DNA from: Sphaerodactylus townsendi
Taxonomy: Eukaryota
Assembly: GCF_021028975.2 (NCBI RefSeq)
Contig: NC_059440.1
Span: forward strand, 22,816,001-22,880,000
DNA: 64,000 bases
Reading direction: 5' to 3'
Part shown: one piece after another, positions 1 to 11,695 of the stretch
Position numbering within the stretch: the first letter of the stretch is position 1
Layout of the letters: every line of letters starts with the position of its first letter
Position numbers and translations under genes: made by a program
The notes under the pieces: generated by a model
Seen by the model: the letters and a program-made list of their open reading frames with translations, nothing else
The model's database searches: none
Told to the model about the DNA's origin: nothing

Positions 1-178
1 GTTTTACTTGCATCTGTGGCTGGCATCTTCAGAGGTGTATCACAGAGGGAAGTCTGTTACACACTGTGTCCCAGTGCAGGCAAAACATTAGGAACAAGAT
101 CCACCAGACCACAGCCACACAGCCCGGAAAACCCACCAGAACCAGTTGAATCCGGCTGTGAAAGTCTTCAACAATACA
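1..178. mobile_element. Penelope-like element fragment
   Basis: catctgtggctggcatcttc...ccacagccacacagcccggaaaacccac motif in inverted arrangement, shared with copies at 17.8 kb and 42.7 kb. Confidence 0.6.
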
Positions 179-1151
179 CCTTGAGTCTCTTTACAGGAGA
201 GAAAGGTGGGGCATAAATCCAAACCCTTCTACTCTTCTTCTTCATACCCACTCCTCTATGAAGTTCACTGGGTGACCGTAGGCTCCTGTTTCATTTTATC
301 TTCACAACACCCCTGTGATGTAGGTAAGGCTGAGAGACAGAGAATTATTCAGCCAATGAACCCCTGCAGAGAAAGCTCTGACCTTTGGCCTGTTCAGTAA
401 ACAGGGGAAAAGCTTATCAGGGCCATGAAGAATGTAATATCCAGGCTGGCTGATGTCCAGGTTGCAAAATCCAGGGTTTTTTGGCAGAGAATCTGGGTCA
501 CCTTGGAGAATCTGGGTCACACACACCCTCCACTCCCCCCCAAGATTACACTGTTCAGGATGCGGCATTTTCTTGTAAGCAATTAGCCTTTGTGTCCCAG
601 TCATAAATTCTGGACTTCCTTTACGTCACCTGTTGGAAGCCGGAGAGAGGGGGGCAGATTCAAAGGGCTCTCCTCCCTGCTGTTAGAGTAAACACTCCAA
701 GCATTCCCCGTTCCTCCACCACCAAGCAAGAGGGACAGGAGTGGTGGTGGATGGGTCTTTGGGGACAGACTCTAATTGATCTGATACTCTATTATCATCT
801 TCTCCCTGACATTACCAGGATGAGAGTCATAGATTATTCATGGAGCTCTAGACACGATTTCTCCAGGGGTCATAAAGGAATGAGCAATGGAGAATCTAAT
901 TGTTTTTCACGGGGATTTTAATTACTTGATGCCAGAGCAAAGGGACAATAAGCCGTAGAATTATTGAGGCTGCAGAGGATACAGAGGGCCGCTCCTGTCC
1001 GGTCCTGCAGTCCTAAGCATTGGTTCCCCGCCCCCACCCTATCGACTTGAAGCCCATTCATTTTGCTCCCAGAATTTCAACAGACATCCAAACAGCAGAG
1101 ATTGTTCTTCCAAAGACAATGGCTGCTATGGGATGTGGGGACTCTCTAGTA

Positions 1152-1297
1152 CAGTGGTGGCGAACCTTTGGCACTCCAGATGTTATGGACTACAATTCCC
1201 ATCAGCCCCTGCCAGGACGGCCAATTGGCCGTGCTGGCAGGGGCTGATGGGAATTGTAGTCCATAACATCTGGAGTGTCAAAGGTTCGTCATCATGG
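1152..1297. mobile_element. Palindromic hAT-type MITE
   Basis: Long inverted repeats; 8-bp TSD CTCTAGTA on both sides. Confidence 0.85.
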
Positions 1298-2732
1298 CTC
1301 TAGTAAAATACTGTGGTAAGGTCCCTCATCTCCCCAAAACCCATCTGTCCCAGACTCCATGGCCTGTTGTGTTCCCCACTCCACAAAGTCCTCCCTCCTC
1401 AGGCTCCACCCCCAAATCTCCAGAATTTCCCAACCCAGAGTTGGTAATCTTACCTAGAAGCACATCTGGAAACAGTATTAGTGAACCTTTGGTCTGATCA
1501 CAGGAGGCTCTTCCTCTTCTGTCCTGCCATTAGTGTCTATCAGGTTAATAGGGTTGTTAAGTCCACATTAGGAAATTCCTGGAGATTTGGGCATGAGACC
1601 CTTTACGATTTGACATCCCTCTGCCCCTTCAGCTCATAAATTCTGCATCAAAGCTGTACGGTGTACGTCCACAACACAAGCAAAGCTAGCAAAGTAATAG
1701 TTAAAAGAGGAGAACCAAAATAGTTGCCGAAAAAGATAAAGGGATATGAAAGGGAACACAATCAGGAAAATTCACTAATCTCTAGGTTACAGACACATTC
1801 CGTGCTGAAGAGTTCTGCAAACTGCAAACATAAATCCCGCAATTAGAATAATTTATGCAGATGGAGCCCTAGTGAAAATATCAACCAGAAAACAAAGTTT
1901 TGTTCAAAAAGTCACATTTTCTCCATGGGATAAGAGCAGGCAAACAAACTTGAAACATCACCAGTGGTTGGATACTCACCAATCCCGGGAAGGAGATTTA
2001 GAATAAGCAGAAGTCTGTGGTTGCAATGCTCCATCCTGCATTTGCTTTCTATTCCTGTTTGCTCCAGATATTTCTGTTTGCTCCAGATGAAGGACAGCTG
2101 CCCTGGGGATGAAGTCTGGCTGAATCGTCTTCTCCCCTCATGCCCGGGTCTCCTGGTTCTCCTTTCCGTTGCTATGACAACCCAAACCCCAGAGAGAACA
2201 GTCGGTTATTCACCAATGCCCTTCAGGACACCACTGCCCGGCGGCTTCCTCCTCACCTTGCGTTCTCAACTTCCACGTCAGGATGGGTCACAGGTTGTAA
2301 CCGCCACCCCTCACAAACTTGGACGACGGCTTCTCAAGTTTCTTGGCCGCTTCTGTGGGCCAACGGCATGAGCATCTTCCTGAATGGGCCTCGTCTCTCA
2401 CCTCTTCGTGCAGGGCATCAGTCGCATAGCGAAAGGCCCCAACTGGGCAGGATGCCCGAGCCGATCATTCGTAACCTCCAACGGGAGAGGATCCAGCTTC
2501 ACGATGCAGCAGCCACATCAAATCCTCAGGGCAATCCCTGAAGAGAAAAAGCACTCTTTGCTACCTTGCTCTGGACAAAGCTGACCTGTTGCTTTTGTTA
2601 TATCTAGAAGAGGTTGCTCCTTATTGGTACACTTGAAGATACCTTCAACTGAGTTAGACCACTACTCAAGGCCACTACTGTCTACTCTGGCAAGCCATGG
2701 CTCTGCAGGGCCTCAAAAAGAGGTCTCTCGCA

Positions 2733-3460
2733 TCATAGAATCATAGAGTTGGAAGAGACCCCAAGGACCATCAATTCCAACCAGTGGCGTATCTGCCTAG
2801 GGACAAGGGGTACCCCTGGTCCCCGGGCGCCACTCTTCTGGTCACATGGGGGCGCAAAATCGGCCCCCCACGTGACCAGGAAGTCCAGCTGTCTCGTTAT
2901 TTTTATGTGCCTCGACCCCATCTGAGCGCCCTCAACCCCACCCTGGACTCCCACCTCTCTTCAGAAGAGACTTCAGGCTGCTGGCTGGGAACCCAGCCAG
3001 CAGGGGAGTGGGGGGGAGGTGGGCACCCTAGACCTTGCCCATGTCCATGGTGACATGGGCAGGGTTGAGGTCAGTGGGGGTGGAGCCTGGGGGCATCAGG
3101 GGTGGAGCTAGGGTGGTGGGGGCAGAGCCTGGGGGTCATCCTGGAGACAATTTGTCTCTGGGCGCCATTTGCCCCTGGTACGCTTCTGATTCCAACCCCC
3201 TGCCATGCAGGAACACACAAGCAAAGCACTCCCAACATACGCTCATCCAGTCTCTGTTTAAAAACCTCCAAAGAAGGAGACTCCACCACTCTCCAAAGCA
3301 ATAAATTCCACCATTGAACAGCCCTGACAGTCAGAAAGTTCTTCCTAATGTTCAGGTGGAATCTCTTTTCCTGCACCTTGAATCCATAACTCCGTGTCCT
3401 AGTCTCTGAGGCAGCAGAAAACAAGCTTGCTCCCTCTTTGACATACTCAAGCCATTTCCA
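2733..3460 (-). mobile_element. CR1 LINE 3' end, interrupted by a hAT MITE
   Basis: RFHLNIRKNFLTVRAVQWWNLL...SLEVFKQRLD peptide and attctatg-type tail; similar tails at 56579-56765 and 58388-58562. Confidence 0.85.
2782..3188. mobile_element. Non-autonomous hAT element
   Basis: Termini CAGTGGCGTA...TACGCTTCTG; perfect 8-bp TSD ATTCCAAC. Confidence 0.85.
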
Positions 3461-3725
3461 CATGATCCAAATATCCTGGGAGGGGCAAGTAAAATATTCC
3501 AGTTTGTGCAAGTTTTCTGCACAGGCCTTCCCCGGTGTTGCCCTGAGATATTTCCCTTTGCCTGGGATTTCCAAAAATCGCCAAATTGGTGATTCTTTTC
3601 AAATATCCTGGGGTGACCCTGGTGCCATGCAAACACTGCAGGAGCAGAACCTGCAGGTTTATTTTTCCTGCCTCACCGCTCTTGACCAATCAAGAGGCTT
3701 GTGCATGAGGGGATGCACTTGTGGT

Positions 3726-5157
3726 CATGCACGTAGGTAAGGGGGGGGGGTTCTCGGGTTTGAACCCCCCCATTCATGTCCGAAGCTCCGCCCACCCATT
3801 TGTGGGTTTTAAAAACATTTAATGCTTTTTAGGTTCTTGGCCTGCAGGGGGCGCATTGTTTGGGCTAGCAGCACCAAACTTTCAGGGATTGTTTGGGGGA
3901 CTCTCCTGATGATACTACCCAGGTTTGGTGAGGTTTGGTTCAGGGGGTCCAAAGTTATGGACTCCCAAAGGGGGTGCCCCATCCTCCATTGTTTCCAATG
4001 GGAGCTAATAGAAGATGGGGGCTAGAACTTTGGGGGCCATAACTTTGGACACCCTGAACCAAACTTCACCAAACCTGGGATGTATTATCAGGAGAGTCTC
4101 TTATTGATACCACCCAGGTTTTGTGAAGTTTGGTCCAGGGGTCCAAAGCTATGGACTCCCAAAGGGAGTGCCCCCATTGTTTCCAATGGGAGCTAAGAGA
4201 AGCTGGGGGCTAAACCTTTGAGGGTCCATAACTTTGGATCCCCTGAACCAAACTTCACCAAACCTGGGTGCTATCATTAGAAGAGGCTCCTAAAGATACC
4301 CTGAAAGTTTGGTGCTTCTAGCTTAACAATTGCACCCCTGACAGCAGGCACCCCCCAAATTTTTCCAGATTCTCATTTTAAATCCACCCTCTTCGGCATG
4401 GATTTAAAGGGAGAATCTGAGGTCCTCAGTTTAGAAGAAGAAGAGTTTGGATTTATATCCTCCCTTTCTCTCCTGTAGGAGACTCAAAGGGGCTTACAAT
4501 CTCCTTGCCCTTGCTCCCACAACAAACACCCTGTGAGATGGGTGGGGCTGAGAGAGCTCCGAAAAGCTGTGACTAGCCCAAGGTCACCCAGCTGGCATGT
4601 GTGGGAATGCACAGGCTAATCTGAATTCCCCAGATAAGTCTTCACAGTTCAAGTGGCAGAGCAGGGAAACTCGGTTCCTCCAGATTAGAATGCACCTGCT
4701 CTTAACCACTACGCCACATTGAAAGTGATGCTGTTTCAGGGTGGGGGTAATCCACCCCAAAACAGCATCACTTTCAATGTTGTTTAACTAGGGGTCCCAG
4801 ATTCTCCCTTTAAGGTGGATTTAAAAGGAGAATTTGGGCTGTCTAGTTTAAATGCCATTGAAAGTGATGCTGTTTGGGGGTGGATTCCAGCATCGCAGCA
4901 GCTGCCCGGGGGGGGGGGGGGGCACAAAACTCAAATTTTGCACCAGGCTCCATTTTCCCTCTATGCCTCTGCTCAGAGGGGAGGGGCAGGCAGGGCAGGG
5001 CAGGGGAGTCTGCCATCCCCGACCTCGGAGAGCTGCTTTTATAAGCGCTAGGCCAGGGGCGGGGCTTGGGGAGGCGTGGCCATGCATTAGGGGCGGGTGG
5101 GGGTGTGGCCCCACCCCCGAACCCCCCCCCCATAAAAAATCTATACCTACGTCCCTG
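3726..5157. mobile_element. Non-autonomous hAT element with internal repeats and a nested SINE
   Basis: TIR CA(T)GCACGTAGGT...ACCTACGTCCCTG; perfect 8-bp TSD CTTGTGGT; internal modules shared with 44738-45683. Confidence 0.85.
4433..4716 (-). mobile_element. Squam3-type tRNA/CORE SINE
   Basis: tRNA-like head, cccaaggtcacccag core and (CTT)n tail. Confidence 0.8.
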
Positions 5158-6089
5158 CTTGTGGTGTAAATACAAAAAGACCTGGGCTTGTACAGAACAA
5201 ACTGGAGTATTACCTCCCAGTCCTAACTTGGCTCCTTTAAAGAAGCAGGCGGCCATGCAGGGGGAGAAACCAGGATAAAATAGACCCAGGTTAAAAAAAC
5301 CAGTGGTACACAGGTATAATTTTACATGTGGAAACAACCTCAGTTGGAAGGGGGGAAATGCATTGCTTGCACTTGGCTGCTGTTTCTTTTGCCAGCTTCA
5401 CTGATTCACTGTTCCGCACAAGATCTTTTTTGCAAGCTGAGAACATGTGCACAAAATACAATGGACCCATGAAGGTCAGGGTTACTGACTCCCCTGCTTT
5501 CAGTCACCCACTCCTGCATGCATTGATTGCACATAGATTTTCAGGATGCGCTGAAATAAAATACACTACAGAATTGCTTATTGAAGGTACCATAGTTTGT
5601 AGCTTTCATGGTTTGTTGTTATATCGATTTTCACAGAAGTGTAAATGTTGTAAACCGCTCTGAGCTTGTTGGGACATGGAGAGGGGTCTAGAAATCTAAT
5701 AAACAAACAAATAAATAGAGTAGAACTTTAATGGACCAAAGGTTTGGATGGTGCAACACAGCTTCATGGGGAATGCTGAGGATTGAAAGTGGAGCTTTTC
5801 GCAGGATTTCAACCCTGTCTCCAGCCCAACCCTCGCATCTGCTGAGGCTTGCCTTTGGGCAGACCTCTGGCCCTGCCTGGCATCTGCTGAGGCTATATGA
5901 AGGCTGCCATCTTCTCCAAGCTACTCCAGTGCTGGATCTTACACTTACACCTGGTGTCCTTTCTTGTTGCCCAGCTGTCTCAGTGGGGGGTGGGTTGCTG
6001 TGCCCCCTACAGGCAGCATCTCTGGAGAACAGGTTTCTGTGAAATTGATTCTTTGGTGCTATCAGTGCCATCTTATGTAGTGTTCTACC

Positions 6090-6552
6090 CAGGGATGTAC
6101 CACCCAGGGGCACATATGAGGTCAAATGTCCCCGAGCTGCGGCCATTTAGTCACATGGGGGTGGAAAATTGCCCCCCACACCTCCTCCTCCTCCTCCCCG
6201 CATTTGTGAGTTGGGGCATGTTCTATAATGTGATGGTGACTTAGGTCGAATCCCCACTACCGTCTTAGCCAGGTTTCAGAACACAAGCTAACCAGGTTTG
6301 AGGGACGACTTCCCTGGTTGAATCCCCACTACCGTCTTAGCCAGGTTTCAGAACACAAACGACCTCAAACCTGGTTAGTTTGTGTTCTGCAACCTGGCTA
6401 AGACGGTAGTGGGGATTCGACCTTAAAGATGACCTGGTGCAAAAAAAGTTGTTTGGTCGTGGTGCGGGAGGGTGGATGCCCATACAAGGCTGGTGTGTGT
6501 GTGGAAAATTTAGATTTTGCACCATGCTACATTTTCCCAAGATACACCTCTG
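6090..6552. mobile_element. hAT MITE containing a nested Harbinger MITE
   Basis: 8-bp TSD GTTCTACC; same family as 9468-9660. Confidence 0.85.
6244..6422. mobile_element. PIF/Harbinger (Tourist-like) palindromic MITE
   Basis: TIR GGTCGAATCCCCACTACCGTCTTAGCCAGG; TTA TSD; internal duplication of the left arm. Confidence 0.85.
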
Positions 6553-8258
6553 GTTCTACCCTTAAGGCGCCAACGCCCAGGTGGTGGCAGGAGATCTCCG
6601 ACTGTTACAACTGATCTCCAGGTGACAGGGATCAGTTAACCTGGAGAAAATGGTCCCTTTTGCTGTGGTAACTGCTGCACCCAAGGCAACATTTCTTTTA
6701 AAAATCTGCCTAGTCAAATCAAATCCACAATAGTCAATTGACTAACTGGCCCTGGCCACCCCTAAAAACACTTTGTGAGCACCACAAAAACTGTCAGCAG
6801 GGTGTCATGGCACCCATGGGTGCCACATCGGGGACCCCTACTCTACAGAATCACAATCCTGCAGAGCTCCCTCCTCAACTTCTGCCTTCTTTCAGCTCTG
6901 CCCCCAAATCTCCAAGAATTTCCCACGGTGGAGCTGGCACCCCTACCTATTTTGCCTAGGTGGCAGGCATCTCAATTCAGACCAGAAAAAATGTTTGCTT
7001 CAACCTTGGGACTGCTGAAAGGGCTCACGTTTAAAATTCCCCTCACTGCACACAGCCGTTAAATGTTAAGGAGCCCTGACAAATCTCCGAGCTGTGGATG
7101 TTTCCAGTTGCAATTTAATTTAGGAAGAGCCTTTTTATGGCCCTCAGTAAAATATTGGCTGGCTGCTCGATCAATAAATCTTCTTTGGGAATAAGCAAAC
7201 AATATCACAGCTACCAAGCAAAATCTTGATTTGTCCGGTGCTCCTGGTTTTGGACCAATGAGGAGACGCAGAGAGACAGACAGAGGACAGAAAGAATAGC
7301 GGGGTGGGTGAGTGGGTGGGAGCTAGAAATAGGAGTGTGGTATCTTTTAAAAGAAAAGGAGGACGGAGGAGGAGGGGTTTGGATTTATACCCTGCCCCAC
7401 TCTCCTGTAAGGAGTCTGAAAGTGTAACCTCAGCTTGTGGGTTCTGTGGGGCAGTACTTGGAAGGAGTTGCAAAGAACCAAATTTTAAAAACACCAAAAA
7501 ACAGCTTTACATTTTACATTTCAACAAAATAACACTTTTAAAACATTTAACATTTACACTTTGCAGTCCTGTTAAGTTTGCATTTTCAAGTCCTTATTTA
7601 CAGTCTACTGATATTGCCAAGTCCAATTCTTCTTTGCTGGTGGTTGGTTTTGAAGACTTCTGAGGCTTGGTGAATGGGCTTCAAGATGATGAAGGTTCCC
7701 AGAAAACTCTCACCATTTACATACACAAAAACCCTGAAACAATAAATTCTAACATTTACAATATAGCAAAAAAATAAACTCCCTTCCCACTAGTTCCCCA
7801 CAACATTGCAGTTACCTTAAACAAGGTGTTAAGGGCTTAATAAAATCAATCAAGGTCCCAGCCTGGTAGTCTCGCTTCCTCCAACCTCATGAGTTCTGCA
7901 GCATTCTACTTCATTTCAGACTCCACCCCTTTCTGGGTCATCCCATTCTGACACAGGGGTTACAAAAGCAGCTTACAATTCCTTCCTTTCCACTCTCCAG
8001 AGCAGACACCTTGTGAGGTAGGTGGGTCTGAAAGAGTTCTGAGTAAACTGTGACTAGCCCAAGGTCACCCAGTAGGCTTCGTGTGTAGGAGTGGGGAACA
8101 GGGCTGTATCTACTTAAAATGGTGCCCTTGGCAAGCCAAGCAACAGCACCACCTCCGCAGCTGCAGTCCAAAGCCGGCGAGCAGGGCTCGCCCCCATTCG
8201 CAATCTCCACATGAAGAAAACACTCTTTTGTATCTTTGTGAAAGTCATCTTCCCTTCT

Positions 8259-8535
8259 AGGGTTGCCAACTCTGGTTTAGGAAATCCCTGGAGATTTAAG
8301 AGTGGTGTTGTGGTTTAGAGTTATCAACTCCATATTAGGAAATTCCTAGAGATTTGGAGGCAGTGCCTGGGGAGGGCGGAGTTTGAGGAGGGAAGGAGCT
8401 CACCTGGAATGTGATGCCATAAAGTCCGCCCTCCAAAGCTGCCATTTTCTTCCAGGGAAATTGATCTATGTGGTCTGCAGATCAGACAAAGTTCTGGGAG
8501 AACTTCAGCTCCTGCCCGGTGGTTGGTAAACCTAT
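8259..8535. mobile_element. AGGGTTGCCA-terminated MITE-like repeat (many diverged copies)
   Basis: agggttgccaa start with ggagatttg/ccattttctcca core; relatives at about 17400-17620, 33770-33965, 35146-35357 and 43830-44012. Confidence 0.6.
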
Positions 8536-9467
8536 TCCCATTGGACGATAAAACGGATGCTCTAAAACTTCTCATTCCTGTTCTTTCAACCAGAAAATCC
8601 CTGTTTTGATACTGTGGGACTCGAACCTGTGATTTAATAAAAATATATACAATTTTCTGTTTCCTGTGCAATATAAACATTTTTAATGCTACATTTCAAC
8701 AATAATCCAGCTTTCTCATACTATGCACGCCTTTATCATTACAAATGTACACTGTACGTGTAAAATGGTAGCCACTTGAAGTCTAAGAAAACAAAGTGCA
8801 GTACAAATATTTTCAACAAACAGGATTCTTGTAGCATCTTCAAGTTTAACACATTTCTTAGGTGAGAAATTCTATCGATGGTTTGGCTGCCCCAGACTCA
8901 AAACTCTTACAGTTATCCCTGTGAAATCATAACAACAATATAAAAATCTCATGCACTACATAAACAGTCTTTTAAAATCCGCAAAGCCAGCAACAAAAAG
9001 CAGAAAATGTTGGGGGGAAACTACATACAAATACAGAAAGGGAACAAGATTTTGCACACCCTTCTACACCAGTCCTGGAGACATGAGCATGTCAGAACAG
9101 ACATCAATCACGGGGCAGCCAGCCACAGGAGAAAGGTGGATGACTGCAGAATTCGTTGTAAGCCTCCCTTTTGGGTAGCCAAAGCACACCTGCAATCTCT
9201 CATATTTCTGGCACTGTGTCAACTCGTCTTCTCTGTCTGGAGATGTAGCTGCGCACAAGCAGCGCTATCCGTCCTGGCTCGCTGAGTGGTGCCATGGCAG
9301 GAATCCAAGCCTGGCTCAGTAATGAAGGGTACTTTGTTCTTCTCCTCTCAAGCCAAAAGAAGCCACCCCTGATCCATAAAGGGCCTTTGGCGCGAACAGG
9401 GAATGCAGGCACACAATCAGACTTTAGCTAAAAGGATTCTAGGCTAATCTATACCCAGACACACCTG

Positions 9468-9660
9468 CAGAGGTGTATCTACGGAAAATGTAGCCCGGTG
9501 CGGCCGCCTTCCTGCACCATGACCAAACAATTTTTTTTTTTGCACCAGGTCATCTCAAAGGAGGAGGGGTGTGAGGGCGATTTTCCGCCCTCCACGTGAC
9601 TAAATGGCCACAGTCCAGGGACATTTGACCCCATGTGTCCCCTTGGGCCGTACGCCCCTG
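9468..9660. mobile_element. hAT MITE
   Basis: CAGAGGTGTA...TACGCCCCTG; perfect 8-bp TSD CACACCTG. Confidence 0.85.
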
Positions 9661-9909
9661 CACACCTGTTAGGAGAAGAGGGAGAATCATGCATGCTACC
9701 TAAACTTAGAGGGGGATGAAAAAAAGCTATGGGCATATTCTGAGCAAGAACAAAATTTCCTGTCCTCATTCTGAACTGACTTGGTACCATAGCCAAGTCT
9801 GGTCCCATCCTGGAATGGCAGTCTCCTGTTCACAAGTGCTTAGAGTAATTGCATTGCACAATCAGTCTGTATTGTCTATTATCAATTGCCATTGGCATGG
9901 TAGATAGAG

Positions 9910-10203
9910 GAAGAAGAAGAAGAGTTTGGATTTATATCCCCCCTTTCTCTCCTGTAGGAGACTCAAAGGGGCTTACAATCTCCTTACCCTTCCCCCCTCA
10001 CAACAAACACCCTGTGAGGTGGGTGGGGCTGAGAGAGCTCCGAAAAGCTGTGACTAGCCCAAGGTCACCCAGCTGGCGTGTGTGGGAGTGCACAAGCTAA
10101 TCTGAATTCCCCAGATAAGCCTCCACAGCTCAGGCGGCAGAGCTGGGAATCAAACCCGGTTCCTCCAGATTAGATACACGAGCTCTTAACCTCCTACGCC
10201 ACT
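9910..10203 (-). mobile_element. Squam3-type SINE, full length
   Basis: Intact A/B-box tRNA head, CORE and (CTT)n tail. Confidence 0.85.
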
Positions 10204-10686
10204 GCAGCCAGATAACCCTCCAGTTATCAAGATTCATACTTGAACATATGAATCTGCCTTATACTGAACCAGACTCTTGGTCCAGAGAGGTCAGTATTGT
10301 CCACTTGGCCTGGCAGTGGCTCTCCAGCATCTCCGGCAGTGGTCTTTTTCATCATTTTGCCCGGTCCTTTTAGCTGCAGATGCCTGGGATTGAACATAAC
10401 AACTTCCGTATGCCAAGCTCTTCCACTGAGCAACGGCTTCTCCCCCGCAAAAATGCTAGCGTTTTTGCATTAGGTCTGAATATTTATTTGCACGGGAGAA
10501 TATGAGAATTATCATCCATTTTTATGCGCTGCCTTTGTCAAAACCATAATTTTGTGCATTCTTGAACATGGTGCTTTGATACAAGAGCATTTATGCCAAA
10601 ATGTATTTTTACCTTCAAACTTTCAAATGGATGGAGGAACAGGACTAGGTAGATACTAGGAACCAGGTGGAGCATTCTACAACAGA

Positions 10687-10950
10687 GGCCCTTTCCCCAC
10701 TTTCCTTAAGCCCCGCGCTACTCTCCTCAAGTAGCGCGGGGTCCAGCTGCCTTCCCCACTTCAGGGGCGGTGAGAACGCAGCCGCCCCGACACTGCCTCT
10801 CTCCCGCCCCCTCGACGTGCGGAATTCCTGGCGCCTTTTGAAATGGCGCCTTTTGACGACCCCGCACAGAGCGCGGGGTCGTGGGGAAGCCAGGGGGCGC
10901 CAGGAATTGCCCGCAGCAACCCTCGGGCAAAGGTGAGTGGGGAAAGGGCC
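10687..10950. mobile_element. Harbinger-type GC-rich MITE
   Basis: TIR GGCCCTTTCCCCACT; 3-bp TSD (aga/aaa). Confidence 0.8.
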
Positions 10951-11682
10951 AAAGAAGGTTCTGCGTGGTTTGTTCTGTGGTGAATATACAGTCTACTTAC
11001 ATCTTTATGTGGAACAGAGTACAGTCTGTCACAATCACAGCCAGTTTTTGAAGAGGCTATATGGCCGATTTGTGGCTGTTCAGCTGTTTGCTTCAGCACC
11101 GTCCTTCCTCGCTGTACAGTGCAGCTCAGTTGGCTCTTTGTGCATCCATTTTCTTACCATCCAGATGGAGTCCGTCCGTCCGTCCGCCCCCCCCCCCCCC
11201 CGCAGTCCTAGCTGCATAACTCACTAAGCAACTGTTTAAACAGTCGGTTAAATCAGTCACAAATCAGATAAACCCATCAAAAACAAACACTGTCCTTAAG
11301 TCCTTCCAATTGGTGCATGGCAGATCTTAGCGATGTGAATGGCTGCCAATCTGAAATAATTTGGGCTGCATTGGCAGCATCCCTAATATACGATGCTTTG
11401 AATGCTCACCCCTCCTCACTTGATCCAGAACTTTTTCACAATGCCTCACAGTCCCAGGAATACGGCCAGGCATGCCCTATATAGAATGATCAGAGCTGGG
11501 GAAATTAAGCATATGAATCCCCTCCTAAGTCACGTCCCGAGTCATTTCCACTCCTAAGAGATGTTCAACATTTCAACTCTGCCCAATCAGATAACGCAAT
11601 ACAGTTGTTAGTCAGATGTAGGGTTTGCGTAGATAAATCAGAAGGGCGGTCGACTCCTAAAAACTAAAAAGTTGCTGATGCT

Positions 11683-11695
11683 TGCCATCTGGTGG
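11683..11695 (-). promoter_or_regulatory. CTCF-like motif CCACCAGATGGCA
   Basis: Close match to the CTCF core consensus just upstream of the putative CDA first exon; motif only. Confidence 0.45.

Noticed and set aside
1964-2584. Overlapping plus-strand ORFs of 135, 133 and 66 aa
   Set aside because: No recognisable domain or plus-strand splice structure; the signals favour a minus-strand promoter or exon.
9910-10203. tRNA-like A/B boxes here and in many similar copies
   Set aside because: SINE heads followed by CORE and tail sequence, not tRNA genes.
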